Below are positions 49,887-49,910 of a stretch of 49,910 nt of DNA, one piece after another. Location of the stretch: NCBI GenBank assembly GCA_020426955.1, contig JAGQOZ010000001.1, positions 1-49,910 on the forward strand. Reading direction: 5' to 3'. Each line of letters begins with the position of its first letter. The first letter of the stretch is position 1. The position numbers and the translations under genes are program-made. The notes under the pieces were generated by a model, which searched no databases, was not told the DNA's origin, and was given only the letters and a program-made list of their open reading frames with translations. The DNA is from Planctomycetales bacterium. GTDB taxonomy: Bacteria > Planctomycetota > Planctomycetia > Pirellulales > Pirellulaceae.

Positions 49887-49910
49887 TAGTCGATGTGTTA
49901 AGATAGTTCT

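Noticed and set aside
1-49910. Search by eye for CRISPR arrays, rRNA, transposases, integrases, phage genes, toxin-antitoxin pairs or known defence-system hallmarks
   Set aside because: I found none. No regularly spaced direct repeats, no DDE, tyrosine or serine recombinase motifs, and no nuclease, helicase or methylase-type ORFs are present in the translations.

Overview
This 49.9-kb chromosomal window is most likely from a Planctomycetota (Pirellulales-like) genome. That is an inference from protein idioms, and no database search was run. The idioms are PEP-CTERM anchors, a dockerin/PPC-decorated secreted protease with an LE-x-LE-x-R-x-LLA N-terminal motif, many TPR envelope proteins, and a split cytochrome b next to a giant multihaem cytochrome c. 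LEFT (1-19.4 kb): the 5' end of tgt; a TPR protein ending in two RNA-polymerase alpha-CTD-like domains; tRNA-Thr(CGU); a PEP-CTERM protein; a LysM protein; a vWA-domain membrane protein broken by a single in-frame TAA; mdh; a GT4 glycosyltransferase; two uncharacterised membrane-anchored proteins; a five-gene TPR-TPR-ExbB-ExbD-ExbD cluster with no TonB; and purD. CENTRE (19.9-40.5 kb): 18 consecutive + strand genes form a respiratory super-cluster. In order they are a Rieske protein with a 205-aa repeat-bearing extension ahead of its Tat motif, a b6-like cytochrome b, a 10-TM subunit-IV-like cytochrome b C-terminal protein, a 1501-aa octahaem cytochrome c with an embedded PDZ-like domain, two tandem MauL-like cupredoxins, a dihaem cytochrome c lipoprotein, ctaC, ctaD, ctaA, ctaB, ctaE with a ~200-aa insertion, a His-rich subunit IV, an ABC-2 transporter, SCO1/SenC, DUF420 and a small CxxC membrane protein. 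RIGHT (40.5-49.9 kb): a YbcJ-like S4 protein overlapping the stop of a 905-aa trypsin-like protease with three PPC domains and dockerin repeats; an intergenic tandem repeat; a small membrane ORF; a second PEP-CTERM-like protein; a DUF983-corA pair; and a PQQ-type beta-propeller protein. I saw no rRNA, CRISPR array, transposase, integrase or phage genes. Start codons were chosen by eye from RBS, signal-peptide and homology logic and may be off by a few codons. All functional calls rest on motifs I recognised in the supplied translations.
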